Positions 29,267 through 39,752 are shown, counted from the stretch's first letter. The stretch is DNA of 64,000 nucleotides from Candidatus Segatella caccae (GCA_900556395.1 USOQ01000002.1:219-64218); one strand, 5' to 3'. A program made the numbers and translations. Notes: generated from the sequence alone by a model not told the origin.

Positions 29267-30496
29267 ATGAAGAAAAATCTATTCATGTTGCTGGCTGCGT
29301 TTCTTTGTTTGGGGACGCACGCCCAAGCTCCGATTCATGTGACGGTGACCAATCCGTCAAAGGAGGTACGCAAGGATGTGCCTGTGGTTATTGATATCCG
29401 TCAATGGGGGGATGTGCGCAAAGCTGTTGTTATGGTAGACGGCAAGGAGATTCCTTCGCAGTTGGATGACCTTGATCGTGATTGTGTAAACGACGAACTC
29501 TGTTTTCTTGTCGATCTTGATAAAAAGGAGAGTAAGGAGGTAAGCATGCAGTTGTTTGGAGAAGGCGAACAGGCTGACTATCCTGCCCGTACCTTTGCCG
29601 AACTTGTGTTGCCGAGTCGAAATAAAAAATTGGCTAAGAATCAGCAAGATATCTATATGCGCAGCATCTCCTTCGATAAGAAGACCAAAGACCCTTATCA
29701 TTATGTACATTCTCATGGCGTATGTTTTGAGAGCGAATTGGTGGCAATGCGCATCTATTTCGACCACAGACAAACCATCGACCTTTATGGTAAGGTAAAT
29801 AAGGGATTGGTTATTCGCGACACGCAGTTCTATCCATCCGAAGAACAGCTGAAAGCAGGTTCGGGTGATGATTGCCTTTGGGTGGGCAATACCTATGGCT
29901 TGGGTGCCCTTCGTGGCTGGGATGGACAAAATCAAGTGCTACTGACAGATGTGATGTATCGAGAGCAGAGGGTTATCTCCGAAGGCCCCGTAAGAGCCAT
30001 CGTAGAGGTAGTAGACAATGGTTGGACTCCAGCTCCTGGACTAAAGCCTGTCAATGCCACTATCCGCTACACCATCTATGCGGGACATCGCGATTTTGAT
30101 GTGGATGTGTTCTTCAATAAAGATGTGTCTGACTATCAGTTTGCCACAGGGTTGATCAATGTGAAGGGATCGAGCGAGATGACTGATGGGAAGGGTTTGC
30201 GAGGTTGTTATGGCAGTGACTGGCCTACGGGCAAGGACGACGGCAAGCACAAGTTGGAGACCGTGGGGTTGGGTATTTATGTACCACAGGCAGCATTGGT
30301 GAAAGAGATGCCTGCCAACAAAGATTGTTACACACAGGTGGTTCGTCCTTCGGGCAACAAGCTGAGCTATAAGTTGGCTTATACCAGTGCCAATGAGACT
30401 TATGGTTTCAAGGGCGAAAAAGAATGGTATCGCTGGCTGAAAGACTGGAAGAAACAGAACGAAGAACCCGTGCAGGTTTATTGTAAGATACGCTAA
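29267..30496 (+). CDS. Secreted DUF4861-like protein
   Basis: Signal peptide; EIPSQLDD, HGVCFESELVAMRIY, IDLYGK. Confidence 0.7.
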   Translation: MKKNLFMLLAAFLCLGTHAQAPIHVTVTNPSKEVRKDVPVVIDIRQWGDVRKAVVMVDGKEIPSQLDDLDRDCVNDELCFLVDLDKKESKEVSMQLFGEGEQADYPARTFAELVLPSRNKKLAKNQQDIYMRSISFDKKTKDPYHYVHSHGVCFESELVAMRIYFDHRQTIDLYGKVNKGLVIRDTQFYPSEEQLKAGSGDDCLWVGNTYGLGALRGWDGQNQVLLTDVMYREQRVISEGPVRAIVEVVDNGWTPAPGLKPVNATIRYTIYAGHRDFDVDVFFNKDVSDYQFATGLINVKGSSEMTDGKGLRGCYGSDWPTGKDDGKHKLETVGLGIYVPQAALVKEMPANKDCYTQVVRPSGNKLSYKLAYTSANETYGFKGEKEWYRWLKDWKKQNEEPVQVYCKIR

Positions 30497-30505
30497 TGAC
30501 TACAC

Positions 30506-30559
30506 AAAAGAGCCATAATGAGCAAAAATACACTCTTTTTGTTCTTTATGGCTCTTTTT
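30506..30559 (+). terminator. Intrinsic terminator
   Basis: AAAAGAGCCATAA...TTATGGCTCTTTT. Confidence 0.7.
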
Positions 30560-30622
30560 GTTTAAAAATATTAGCAAAAACGCTTTGTTTTTATCACATT
30601 TTTTAGTATTTTTGCACACGTA

Positions 30623-31465
30623 ATGTTAATAGATAGCGACAAAGTGAAAAATATTTTTAAATATACCCAACTGTTGGCGGCGATCCTGCTTATTTGTTCG
30701 GCTTGCGAATTTAAGTTTAAGCCGAATGAAGAAATGGATACTGCTGTACTCTCGGTACAGCGTTACGACCGTTTGGAAAGCCGTTATCTCACTACTGGTG
30801 ACTTCTCTGCCTTGCAGCAGATGAACACCGATTATCCAATAGAAACTCGTACGCTCATAGAGAAGATGCTCCAATTGGGCACGGTTACAGACGCCAATAT
30901 CAGCAATCGCTTCTTGATGTTCTATCAAGATTCCACGCTGCAGACACTCATTGCTGATGCTGAGGCAGAATATGCCAATATGGATGACATCAACAAGCAG
31001 CTCAAGAAATCCTTCGAGCGCTTGAATGCTTGGCTGCCCGAGTTGCAGCATCCATCTTTCTATGCGCAGATAGGAGCGCTCGACCAGAGCATTGTCGTGG
31101 GTGAGCATTCTGTAGGCATCTCGCTGGATAAGTATATGGGAAGCGAATATCCCTTATACAAAAAATTCTATTCCTCTCAGCAGCGAGCTTCTATGACACG
31201 CTCTTATATTGTACCAGATTGTCTTACTTTCTATCTGTTGAGCATTTATCCTATGGATGATTTTGAGAGTCGTTCGCAGCTTGACAGAGACTTGCACATG
31301 GGCAAAATCATGTGGGTAGCCAATAAAGCGCTTAACAAGGAGATCTTTACCAGCAGTTATATAAAGACCATTGGAGGCTATATGAAGCGCAATCCCAAGA
31401 TGACAGTTCGCCAGTTGCTTGAGAGTAAGGACAATTCTCCTATCAAGGCGCTGCACAAAGACTGA
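30623..31465 (+). CDS. GldB-like lipoprotein (start may be GTG 30644)
   Basis: Lipobox CSAC; VQRYDRL, GISLDKYMG..YPLY. Confidence 0.65.
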   Translation: MLIDSDKVKNIFKYTQLLAAILLICSACEFKFKPNEEMDTAVLSVQRYDRLESRYLTTGDFSALQQMNTDYPIETRTLIEKMLQLGTVTDANISNRFLMFYQDSTLQTLIADAEAEYANMDDINKQLKKSFERLNAWLPELQHPSFYAQIGALDQSIVVGEHSVGISLDKYMGSEYPLYKKFYSSQQRASMTRSYIVPDCLTFYLLSIYPMDDFESRSQLDRDLHMGKIMWVANKALNKEIFTSSYIKTIGGYMKRNPKMTVRQLLESKDNSPIKALHKD

Positions 31466-31467
31466 TT

Positions 31468-33657
31468 ATGAAAAAACTGATTATACTTATCGCAACCTTT
31501 ATGATGGTGTCATCTATTCAGGCAGCTAAGAAATTAGACTTGAAAGAAATTACTACGGGTAGTTTTGCTGCTTCTTATGTGAGTGGTGTTAATCCGATAG
31601 AGGGCACCGACCTATATGCTTCCATTAGTAAGGATGGCAAGCAAATCGTGAGTTATTCTTTTAAGACAGGCAAACAGGTGGCTGTCTTGTTTGATGCTGA
31701 AGTCTGTAAGGCTCCTTTTCAGACGATTGATGGCTATGTGTTGAGTCCTGACGGCAAGCGATTGCTTGTCTTGACCAAGCGTAAGAGTATCTATCGCCGT
31801 TCGTTCACAGCAGAATATTTCATTTACGACCTTGCCGGCAAGTCTTTGATTAAGCTGTCTGAAGGTGAGAATCAGCAGGTGGCTACTTGGTCGCCCGACT
31901 CGCGCCATGTGGCTTTTGTGCGTGAGAATAATCTCTTTATTACTGATGGTAAGAAGGAGGTTCAGGTAACGACCGACGGCAAGTTTAACGAAGTGATTAA
32001 TGGCATTCCCGACTGGGTGAACGAAGAGGAGTTTGGTTTCAACAAGGCCTTTGCCTGGAATGCTGACGGAACGGCTCTGAGCTGGATTCGCTATGATGAG
32101 TCGAAGGTGAAAACTTACTCTCTGCAGTTGTTCTGTGGACAAAAACCTGCGTTGACAGATAATACTGATTATCCCGGAGAATACTCTTATAAGTACCCCA
32201 AGGCTGGACAAGATAATTCTGTGGTGAGCCTATGGAGCTATGATGTGAAAAACCAGACCACGGCTCGTATGAATGTCCCCTTAGCCACCGATGGCTATAT
32301 TCCACGTCTTAAGCCTGCTCCTGATGCCAAGAGCATGATAGCCTTTACGATGAATAGACATCAGGATGAGTTGAATCTTTATTCTTTCAATCCTTTCACT
32401 GGAGAAGCTCAGTTGCTCATCAAGGAGAGTGTTCCCAAATATGTGAAGGAAGAGGTGGTGGAATGGACGTATGTGGGCAATCGATATATCTTGCTTCCAA
32501 GCGATCGCGATGGATTCATGCACCTCTATCTCTATGATATCCGTGGCAAACTGATAAAACAAGTAGAAAAAGGTGACTATGAAGTGACGGATGTCTATGG
32601 TATGAATGAGAAGACGGGTGACATCTTTTTCCAGGCCTGCATGTTAAGTCCTCACGACCGACAGGTGTATGTGGCGCATGCCAATGGCAAGATAGAACGA
32701 CTCACCAACCAGAGTGGCAACAACGCTGCTGTCTTCTCAGGTGATTATCGTTATTTCTTTAACACTTGGAGCAGTTATAGTCATCCTTATGTCTTTACTT
32801 CGCGTACCAATCGTGGAAAGGTGGTAAGAGTGTTGGAGGACAATCAGGAACTACTCACCAAGGTGTCACAATACAATTGGGGAAAGCGAGAGCCTTTTAC
32901 TTTTACTACTTCCGAAGGAGTGGTGCTGGATGGCTGGATGGTGAAGCCGCTTGATTTTGATCCTAATAAGCAATATCCTGTTATCCAATTCCAGTATTCT
33001 GGCCCCGGCAACCAACAGGTAATGGATGCGTGGAGTACAGGTAGCATGGGTAATGGTGGAGCCTTCGACTATTATCTGGCACAAGAAGGATTTATCGTCG
33101 TATGTGTGGATGGTCGTGGTACAGGTGGTAGAGGTGCAGACTTTGAGAAATGCACCTACTTGCGCTTAGGCGACCTGGAGGCGAAAGACCAGGTAGAGAC
33201 AGCTTTGTATTTGGCTGGACTTCCTTTTGTAGACAAGCAGCGCATAGGTATCTGGGGCTGGAGCTTTGGAGGCTTCTGTACGTTGATGAGTATGAGCGAG
33301 GGTCGCCCTGTATTCCACGCGGGCGTGTCGGTGGCTCCTCCTACAAACTGGCGTTACTACGACACGGTGTATACGGAGCGCTATATGCGCACACCACAGG
33401 AGAATGTTGATGGTTATCTCACCAATCCGATAGAGCGTGTAGGCAACTTGCATGGTGCTTTGCTGCTTTGTCATGGTATGGCCGATGACAATGTGCATCC
33501 ACAGAATGCCTTCGAATATTCAGAGGCACTGGTGCAAGCTGACAAAGACTTTAAGGAGATGTTTTATACCAACCGAAATCATGGCATACATGGTGGCAAT
33601 ACACGTCATCATCTGTTGCGCCAAATCGTGAATTGGTTTGATGAACATTTAAAATAA
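31468..33657 (+). CDS. Dipeptidyl peptidase IV (S9B)
   Basis: DWVNEEE, YPKAG, GWSFGG, HGMADDNVH, NHGI. Confidence 0.93.
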   Translation: MKKLIILIATFMMVSSIQAAKKLDLKEITTGSFAASYVSGVNPIEGTDLYASISKDGKQIVSYSFKTGKQVAVLFDAEVCKAPFQTIDGYVLSPDGKRLLVLTKRKSIYRRSFTAEYFIYDLAGKSLIKLSEGENQQVATWSPDSRHVAFVRENNLFITDGKKEVQVTTDGKFNEVINGIPDWVNEEEFGFNKAFAWNADGTALSWIRYDESKVKTYSLQLFCGQKPALTDNTDYPGEYSYKYPKAGQDNSVVSLWSYDVKNQTTARMNVPLATDGYIPRLKPAPDAKSMIAFTMNRHQDELNLYSFNPFTGEAQLLIKESVPKYVKEEVVEWTYVGNRYILLPSDRDGFMHLYLYDIRGKLIKQVEKGDYEVTDVYGMNEKTGDIFFQACMLSPHDRQVYVAHANGKIERLTNQSGNNAAVFSGDYRYFFNTWSSYSHPYVFTSRTNRGKVVRVLEDNQELLTKVSQYNWGKREPFTFTTSEGVVLDGWMVKPLDFDPNKQYPVIQFQYSGPGNQQVMDAWSTGSMGNGGAFDYYLAQEGFIVVCVDGRGTGGRGADFEKCTYLRLGDLEAKDQVETALYLAGLPFVDKQRIGIWGWSFGGFCTLMSMSEGRPVFHAGVSVAPPTNWRYYDTVYTERYMRTPQENVDGYLTNPIERVGNLHGALLLCHGMADDNVHPQNAFEYSEALVQADKDFKEMFYTNRNHGIHGGNTRHHLLRQIVNWFDEHLK

Positions 33658-33719
33658 GCTGATGGCTGCCTTCTGTAAAAGGAGGCAGCATGGGCTAAAC
33701 ATAAAGATAATAAGGAAAT

Positions 33720-33986
33720 ATGAAAGCAAAAACTGGATTTAGTCTTCGTACTGTCTGTGGGGAAAATATTCTTGTGGCAGAGGGAGAAGAGAATATAGAC
33801 TTCAGCAATATCATCAGTATGAATGAAAGTTCTGCTTATTTGTGGAAAAACATTCAGGAAAGGGAGTTTGAAGTAAGCGACTTGGTAGATTTGCTGATGG
33901 CAGAGTATGAGGTGGATGAAGAAACTGCGAGCCGTGATGCTCAACTGTTAGCCGAACAATGGAAACAGGCTGGGATATTGGAGTAG
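33720..33986 (+). CDS. PqqD-family / RiPP recognition element (RRE) protein
   Basis: 88 aa; LRTVCGENILV...MNESSAYLWK...EYEVDEETASRD. Confidence 0.85.
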   Translation: MKAKTGFSLRTVCGENILVAEGEENIDFSNIISMNESSAYLWKNIQEREFEVSDLVDLLMAEYEVDEETASRDAQLLAEQWKQAGILE

Positions 33987-34045
33987 ACCAAACTATAGCC
34001 GACACATAGAGAAATCTTTTTCTCTATGTGTGTCTTTACATATAC

Positions 34046-34531
34046 TTATACCGTACCCCACAGCGGAATCCAGATTTTGCGATAAAAGGCCAGCAAATAC
34101 CTTCGACATGGATCCAGCGCAGTCCAGATGGAAGAATAGATTCTCCATTTTCTGCCGTCAATCCTGTCGAGTGTTTGCCGGCCTTTTCTGTAAAATCCCA
34201 CAGCGACCGCTTTGACATCCTGCATATTGCAACTCTCAGTGCAGAGATTGCCATCGCCTTTCAGTGTCACCTGTTCTCCTTCTATCTTGATGATGCGGTG
34301 TAGCACATACTGACGCTTATTGATTTCTGCCAATACGGGTTCGCCCACATGATATTCAGCACGTTTGGCAAGTAAAGCCTTGTCACGCTTATCTTCCAGG
34401 AAAGGACGCATAGAAAATCCTCTGAGCTGTAGGGTAACGGTATGTCCCTCGTCAAGCAACTTGACGATTTCTGGAAGAAATTGTGCATTGGGGAATTGTA
34501 TTTCCGTTACTTTTATAATCTGCTCTTTCAT
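34046..34531 (-). CDS. S24/S26-family peptidase, soluble
   Basis: GFSMRP (Ser), VLHRII (His), KGDGN; no transmembrane segment; start MKEQ at 34531. Confidence 0.8.
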   Translation of the reverse strand: MKEQIIKVTEIQFPNAQFLPEIVKLLDEGHTVTLQLRGFSMRPFLEDKRDKALLAKRAEYHVGEPVLAEINKRQYVLHRIIKIEGEQVTLKGDGNLCTESCNMQDVKAVAVGFYRKGRQTLDRIDGRKWRIYSSIWTALDPCRRYLLAFYRKIWIPLWGTV

Positions 34532-34551
34532 GTTTAATTGTTTAGGGGTGT

Positions 34552-35442
34552 TTACATCTTTCTGATGGCTTGGTTGCATATGATGGCAGCCTCTCGATTG
34601 GGTAGGCAGTGCAGCGTGTAGATGTCGGCAATCTCGATGATGCGGGTGATGGTGTTACAGATGTTGTTAAAGATATCGATATCCCATTTCATCGAAGAGC
34701 ACGAGGGAAGTAGGGAAGCAAAAGCTTCTGTCGGCGATAGTCTTTCTATCCAATTATCTTGTGCGCGGTCTATGCGTGTGATGGCACCAAGTTTTGCTTT
34801 CACGTTGCGATAGCAAGGTGTCTTGCCACTCCACGGACTACCATATATATAAGGTATACCGTCGATGATGCGTACGATGGGGTTGTCGTCGTTCATCAAG
34901 TCGCATCCAGGCAGATAGCGCAACCACATGCTCACCTGTGTGCTCTTTCCCGTTCCGCTCTTTGCTATGAAGGCATAACCATATCCGTTCTGTCTCACCA
35001 GTGATGCGTGTATCAAGAGGGTATTCATCTTGCTTCCTGCGAAAGCAAAAATCAGCATGAGCGCATTATTGAGTCCGAAGTTTCGCATATTGAAGTTGCC
35101 GTTCAGGGCGCATCGGCAGTCGTTGAAGTCTTTGTTGGTTTGCAATAAGCAACAGGCATTGCCATGAATATCCTTGATGATATATTGATATCCACCATTG
35201 TCGAGCTTATCGACGATGGTATCTCCGTTGCCAGTATCGAAAGATCTAATGCGTTTTCGTTTATCTTTGGGGTAGGGGTGTAGACAATCGTCTACGGTGA
35301 GTTGAAAAAAAAGTTGACCCTTCAGATGTTCTACTCTGAAGGGTTCTAAAGAAGGTATGAGGTGCATGCCGTTATATCGCGATTCGGCAAAGCAAATCTT
35401 GATGTCGAGTTCGGCAATGCTAAAAAACATTTCACTCTGCAT
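34552..35442 (-). CDS. HPr-kinase/PEPCK-like P-loop kinase
   Basis: LIHAS, Walker A AKSGTGKST, MNDDNP, GSPWSGK. Confidence 0.75.
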   Translation of the reverse strand: MQSEMFFSIAELDIKICFAESRYNGMHLIPSLEPFRVEHLKGQLFFQLTVDDCLHPYPKDKRKRIRSFDTGNGDTIVDKLDNGGYQYIIKDIHGNACCLLQTNKDFNDCRCALNGNFNMRNFGLNNALMLIFAFAGSKMNTLLIHASLVRQNGYGYAFIAKSGTGKSTQVSMWLRYLPGCDLMNDDNPIVRIIDGIPYIYGSPWSGKTPCYRNVKAKLGAITRIDRAQDNWIERLSPTEAFASLLPSCSSMKWDIDIFNNICNTITRIIEIADIYTLHCLPNREAAIICNQAIRKM

Positions 35443-35977
35443 TACGTTGCTTTTTCTTTTGTTGCTTTAGGGCTTTCTTTGCCTTGATTTTCTTGGCTGG
35501 TTTTTGCTCTACAGTTTCTTCGTTGCTGTCATAGGGCTTGATACCAGAGAAAACAAAGCGATCCATGCCGATCAGCTTCACCTGATATTTAGAGCTTGCT
35601 CCTTCCTTGATGCCGCTCTTACTCTTTGTCTTCTTGGGCTGCGCACTATATTTGTTACGCATCTTGTTGTATTTCTTGGTAAGCTTCTTCAAGTTTTTGT
35701 CATAGCTCACCATACAGGTGGGGTGTTTATAACCTTCGTTCTGTAAGAAGTCGCGCAACTGGTAGGAGTAATCTTCTCTGCCCACGAGGAAGTTGTTCTT
35801 GCTATTGAGCCATGCAGAGTCAACAGCCTGCACATCGGTAAAGCATACGATAGAATCGTTGAATGAAGATGCAAAGCCGAAGATATAGATTCGCTTCATA
35901 TCGTTCTTGGCTTGCATGCTGATAGCGATGAGTAGGGTGGCAGCAATCGCTGCAAATAGTGATTTTGTAAGTTTCAT
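35432..35977 (-). CDS. Hypothetical secreted basic protein
   Basis: Signal peptide ending SMQA; YIFGFASSFNDSIVCFTD; Lys-rich tail. Confidence 0.75.
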   Translation of the reverse strand: MKLTKSLFAAIAATLLIAISMQAKNDMKRIYIFGFASSFNDSIVCFTDVQAVDSAWLNSKNNFLVGREDYSYQLRDFLQNEGYKHPTCMVSYDKNLKKLTKKYNKMRNKYSAQPKKTKSKSGIKEGASSKYQVKLIGMDRFVFSGIKPYDSNEETVEQKPAKKIKAKKALKQQKKKQRNAE

Positions 35978-36008
35978 TTTTTTGTTTCTTCTGTTATAGA
36001 AATATGTC

Positions 36009-36872
36009 TTATTGTCCTAAGTAGGATTTCAGCGTTTTACTTTTAGTGTTATGTCTCAACCTGCGAATAGCTTTCTCTTTGATTTGTCTAACTCTTTCGC
36101 GAGTGAGATTATATTTATCTCCGATTTCTTCAAGCGTCATCTCGGACGTGCCGATGCCAAAGAATGCCTTGATTACCTTTTTCTCTCTGTCGTTCAAGAT
36201 ATCGAGAGCGCGGCTAATCTCTGCGCGGAGCGACTCCATGTCCAACTCGTTGTCGGTAGCAGGTGAGTCGTTATTGGGCAAGATGTCCAGCAGACTATTG
36301 TCATCGCCTTCGGCAAAAGGAGCGTCCATGCTCACATGGTGCGTGTTCATCTTCATGGCGTCGGCTATCTTCTCTTCAGGAAGGTCTATGCGGTCGGCCA
36401 TTTCCTCTACACTGGGTCTGCGCTCGTTTTCTTGCTCAAACTTGTTGAGCTCTCGCGCAATACGATTCACACTTCCCACCTGGTTTAGTGGGAGGCGTAC
36501 GATGCGGCTTTGTTCTGCTATGGCCTGCAAAATGCTTTGTCTAATCCACCAGACTGCGTATGATATGAACTTGAATCCTCTTGTTTCGTCGAATTTCTCG
36601 GCAGCTTTTATCAAGCCCAGGTTTCCTTCGTTGATAAGGTCGGGCAAACTGAGTCCTTTGTTTTGGTATTGTTTGGCTACCGAAACAACAAATCTCAAGT
36701 TGGCTTTTGTCAACCTTTCAAGCGCCTTGCGGTCTCCCTTCCTGATTTGCTGAGCCAATTCCACTTCCTCATCTACGGTAAGCAGGTCTTGGTGTCCGAT
36801 TTCTTGAAGGTATTTTTCAAGTGATGCACTCTCTCTGTTGGTTATCGACTTTGAAATTTTAAGTTGTCTCAT
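36009..36872 (-). CDS. rpoD: Primary sigma-70 factor (short Bacteroidota type)
   Basis: MRQLKI start; [41 protein letters not shown]. Confidence 0.93.
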   Translation of the reverse strand: MRQLKISKSITNRESASLEKYLQEIGHQDLLTVDEEVELAQQIRKGDRKALERLTKANLRFVVSVAKQYQNKGLSLPDLINEGNLGLIKAAEKFDETRGFKFISYAVWWIRQSILQAIAEQSRIVRLPLNQVGSVNRIARELNKFEQENERRPSVEEMADRIDLPEEKIADAMKMNTHHVSMDAPFAEGDDNSLLDILPNNDSPATDNELDMESLRAEISRALDILNDREKKVIKAFFGIGTSEMTLEEIGDKYNLTRERVRQIKEKAIRRLRHNTKSKTLKSYLGQ

Positions 36873-37017
36873 GGTTAGTATTATTTTTATTCGTAGATGC
36901 AAAAATACGCTTTTTTGTGGAAATGAGCAAAAAAATAGCAGATATTTTCTCAAATACCTGCTATATTTTTATTGATAGGTTGTTTTTCCTTATTATTTAT
37001 CACTTCCGACTGCAGTG

Positions 37018-38493
37018 TTAATCTTTTTGCAGTGGTACAGCGAAGTATGACTTCTTGCCAGTAGGCCAAATGCCTTGGATGTAGAGCACTGGTTCCTTGC
37101 TGGTAGAAGCGCTCTTAACAGCTTTTTGTAGATCCTCGAGTGAAGTGATGTTGGCATCGTTCACACGCTGGATGATGAGGCCGCGAGAGATACCACCATC
37201 CTTCAGTGCACCTGTTCCCACCTTGGTTACTTCCACACCATAGTTGATGCCCAACTGCTTTTTCTGTGCTTCGGTGATGGGGCGGAAGGTGCCTCCCAAT
37301 ACGTCGAGGTCTGCACTCTTGATGACAGAGGTGTTGCCCTGAGCATTCTTCAGCGTAATCGTCTTGTTGAAGTTCTTCTTGTTGCGTAAGTAGGTAATGG
37401 TCATCTTATCGCCAGGGCGTTTGCCGTTGAGAGCCTCCTGGAGTTCTGCCATCTTGGTCACCTTTTTGCCATCCACCTTGGTGATGACGTCACCCTCTTT
37501 CAGACCAGCATCAGCACCATTGCCGTCTTCGTCTACCTTGGCGATGTAAACACCCTCGTTGGTGCCTAAGTCAACCTCCTTGCCATTATCTTTCTGTGCG
37601 TTGATGTAGTTAAGAACATCGCTGCCCTGTATGCTGAGCATTACGCGCTGTACGCTACCATATTTCTTCAGGTCGTCAACGACCTTGTTCATGATAGAAG
37701 TAGGGATGGCAAAACCGTAGCCTGAGTATGAGCCTGTTTGTGAGTAGAGCATTGCGTTGATGCCCACCAACTCGCCCTGGGTGTTGACCAGTGCGCCACC
37801 TGAGTTGCCTGCATTGATGGCAGCGTCGGTCTGTATGAAACTCTCCACGCCATTGGCACCGAGAGAACGAGCCTTGGCAGAGATGATACCTGCTGTGACG
37901 GTATTGTTCAGTCCGAAGGGGTTGCCCACTGCAATAACCCATTCGCCTACCTTCACGTTGTCGCTATTTGCGATAGGAAGAGTAGGGAGGTCTTTGCCGT
38001 TGACCTTGATAAGGGCGAGGTCTGTGCTTTTGTCTGTGCCGATGATGCGAGCTGAGAACTCACGATTGTCGTTGAGTGTGACTGTCAGTTCGTCGGCTCC
38101 CTCTACTACGTGATTGTTGGTTACGATATAGCCATCACTGCTGATGATAACACCAGAGCCTGTAGCCTCTCTTTTAGGAGTCTGTACCTTCTGCTTGCGG
38201 GTGCCACCCTGTCCTCCGTTAGGATTACCAAAGAAACCGAATGGGTCGAAGAATCCACCGAATGGGTCGCTCTGTACATCGACCGTTTGTACTTTAGAGT
38301 TTTGAACATATTTAATGTGAACCACGGCAGGCAGTGCCTTTTCTGCCGCATAGGTTAGGTCTACAGGCTGCCCTGGAGCTGCAGATGTTGTAGAAGGTGC
38401 AGCTGCTGCATGAACTTTCATAAATGTACCTGCTGAGAATGCGAGTGAGCTGACGCAAAGCACAGCCAAAACGTATTTACTTACTTTTCTCAT
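37018..38493 (-). CDS. degP: HtrA/DegP serine protease with two PDZ domains
   Basis: TNNHV, DLAL, AAINAGNSGG. Confidence 0.9.
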   Translation of the reverse strand: MRKVSKYVLAVLCVSSLAFSAGTFMKVHAAAAPSTTSAAPGQPVDLTYAAEKALPAVVHIKYVQNSKVQTVDVQSDPFGGFFDPFGFFGNPNGGQGGTRKQKVQTPKREATGSGVIISSDGYIVTNNHVVEGADELTVTLNDNREFSARIIGTDKSTDLALIKVNGKDLPTLPIANSDNVKVGEWVIAVGNPFGLNNTVTAGIISAKARSLGANGVESFIQTDAAINAGNSGGALVNTQGELVGINAMLYSQTGSYSGYGFAIPTSIMNKVVDDLKKYGSVQRVMLSIQGSDVLNYINAQKDNGKEVDLGTNEGVYIAKVDEDGNGADAGLKEGDVITKVDGKKVTKMAELQEALNGKRPGDKMTITYLRNKKNFNKTITLKNAQGNTSVIKSADLDVLGGTFRPITEAQKKQLGINYGVEVTKVGTGALKDGGISRGLIIQRVNDANITSLEDLQKAVKSASTSKEPVLYIQGIWPTGKKSYFAVPLQKD

Positions 38494-38870
38494 AATGTAT
38501 AATTTTTTGTGTTGTTAATTTTAATGTTTATTGTTGCTGGTGTGTCCAGTTTATTTCGATTGCAAATATAGGCGCAAAAAACGAGAAACAGTCAAATATA
38601 CATCGTTTTTTATCCCGTTTTAACAATCTAAATTAACATATTAACGGCTCTTAAACAAGAATACTGCTAAATTTACAATTATTCAGTACTTGAAAGTAAA
38701 AAGATAATTATGTATATCAAACTAAATAAGCTTTAACTCTAAAAAAATATTAACCAAGTCATGTCTTTTCTTCCGAATCTTGATGTCATTTAAAGCATTA
38801 AAGGAGATGAAAAGCAAGTGATGAAATATAAAAAAGGCAGGAATAATATGATAGTTTGAAAAGTTTTTTG

Positions 38871-38878
38871 TATCTTTG
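38871..38878 (+). promoter_or_regulatory. -7 promoter element TATCTTTG for rnpB
   Basis: Consensus about 25 nt upstream of the RNA 5' end. Confidence 0.65.
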
Positions 38879-38900
38879 CACATCAGTAAGTATGTTAGTT

Positions 38901-39293
38901 AAAGCAGTGCCCCGGCGTGTCGCTGGTCTTCATGGTAAGACGAGAGGAAAGTCCGGGCAGCGCAGAGCATCCCACTTCCGAAAATAGAAGCTATTGGTGA
39001 CAGTAGGTGTAGGCAGAAGAAAATAACCGCCATGCTTGTCTTTATGGATAGGCAGGGTAAGGGTGAGAAGGTGGTGTAAGAGACCACCAGGTGACGGGTG
39101 ATCGTCATGCTGTGTCGGCTGGGAGCTGTAAGCTCATGTAAACCGCAGATAGAGGGCTGCTCGCCCGAGTGTCTTTGCGACAGCTGTGGAGGGTAGAGTG
39201 CTCAAGCCTTGAGGTGACTCAAGGATTAGATAAATGACATGCACCTGCACCTTGGTGCAGGGACAGAACTCGGCTTATAGGGGCACTGCTTTT
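38901..39293 (+). ncRNA. rnpB: RNase P RNA, type A
   Basis: GAGGAAAGTCCGGGC and ACAGAACTCGGCTTA universal motifs; P1 pairing AAAGCAGTGCCCC/GGGGCACTGCTTT. Confidence 0.95.
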
Positions 39294-39320
39294 TTTTTAA
39301 AATATTATCATCTAACAATT

Positions 39321-39752
39321 ATGAATATCAGAGAACCAGAAAAGCAAATCCTAAACGATTTTGAGCATAAAGTAACCAACAAAATCAAGTTGTATGGCAA
39401 TTATCCCAATTTTCCTAAGATGGAAAACTATGGCATTGAGGGTATGGAATTGGATGATTATCTTTTCGACAAGCAAGCCATTCTTGATATGGGAGGAAGC
39501 AGTCGTCACAAGTTGACGGTGGGTGGCATCATAACTTTGTTGCCTGTCATCGTTTTGTCGGCATTCCCTGATAGCGCATACATCTATGGCAAGATGGGTA
39601 CTACGGTTTTGGCCATCGCCATCGGTCTGATGTTGGCATTATGCCTTTATGCCGTGCTGAAAGCTGTGATTCGCTTTCGTCTCGCTCGCCATGAAGACTT
39701 GAAGTTTGAAACTTACATCAAAGCAGTTTTGTTCTATCAGCCCCGAATGTAG
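39321..39752 (+). CDS. Hypothetical two-TM membrane protein
   Basis: Start MNIREPE; LDDYLFDKQAILD followed by two hydrophobic segments. Confidence 0.75.
   Translation: MNIREPEKQILNDFEHKVTNKIKLYGNYPNFPKMENYGIEGMELDDYLFDKQAILDMGGSSRHKLTVGGIITLLPVIVLSAFPDSAYIYGKMGTTVLAIAIGLMLALCLYAVLKAVIRFRLARHEDLKFETYIKAVLFYQPRM

Noticed and set aside
36046..36753. 235-aa plus-strand ORF
   Set aside because: Antisense to rpoD; Ser/Leu-rich shadow composition.
38899..39320. ORF 38899-39108 and the upstream extension of ORF 39234-39752
   Set aside because: They overlap RNase P RNA; the true CDS start is taken as 39321.
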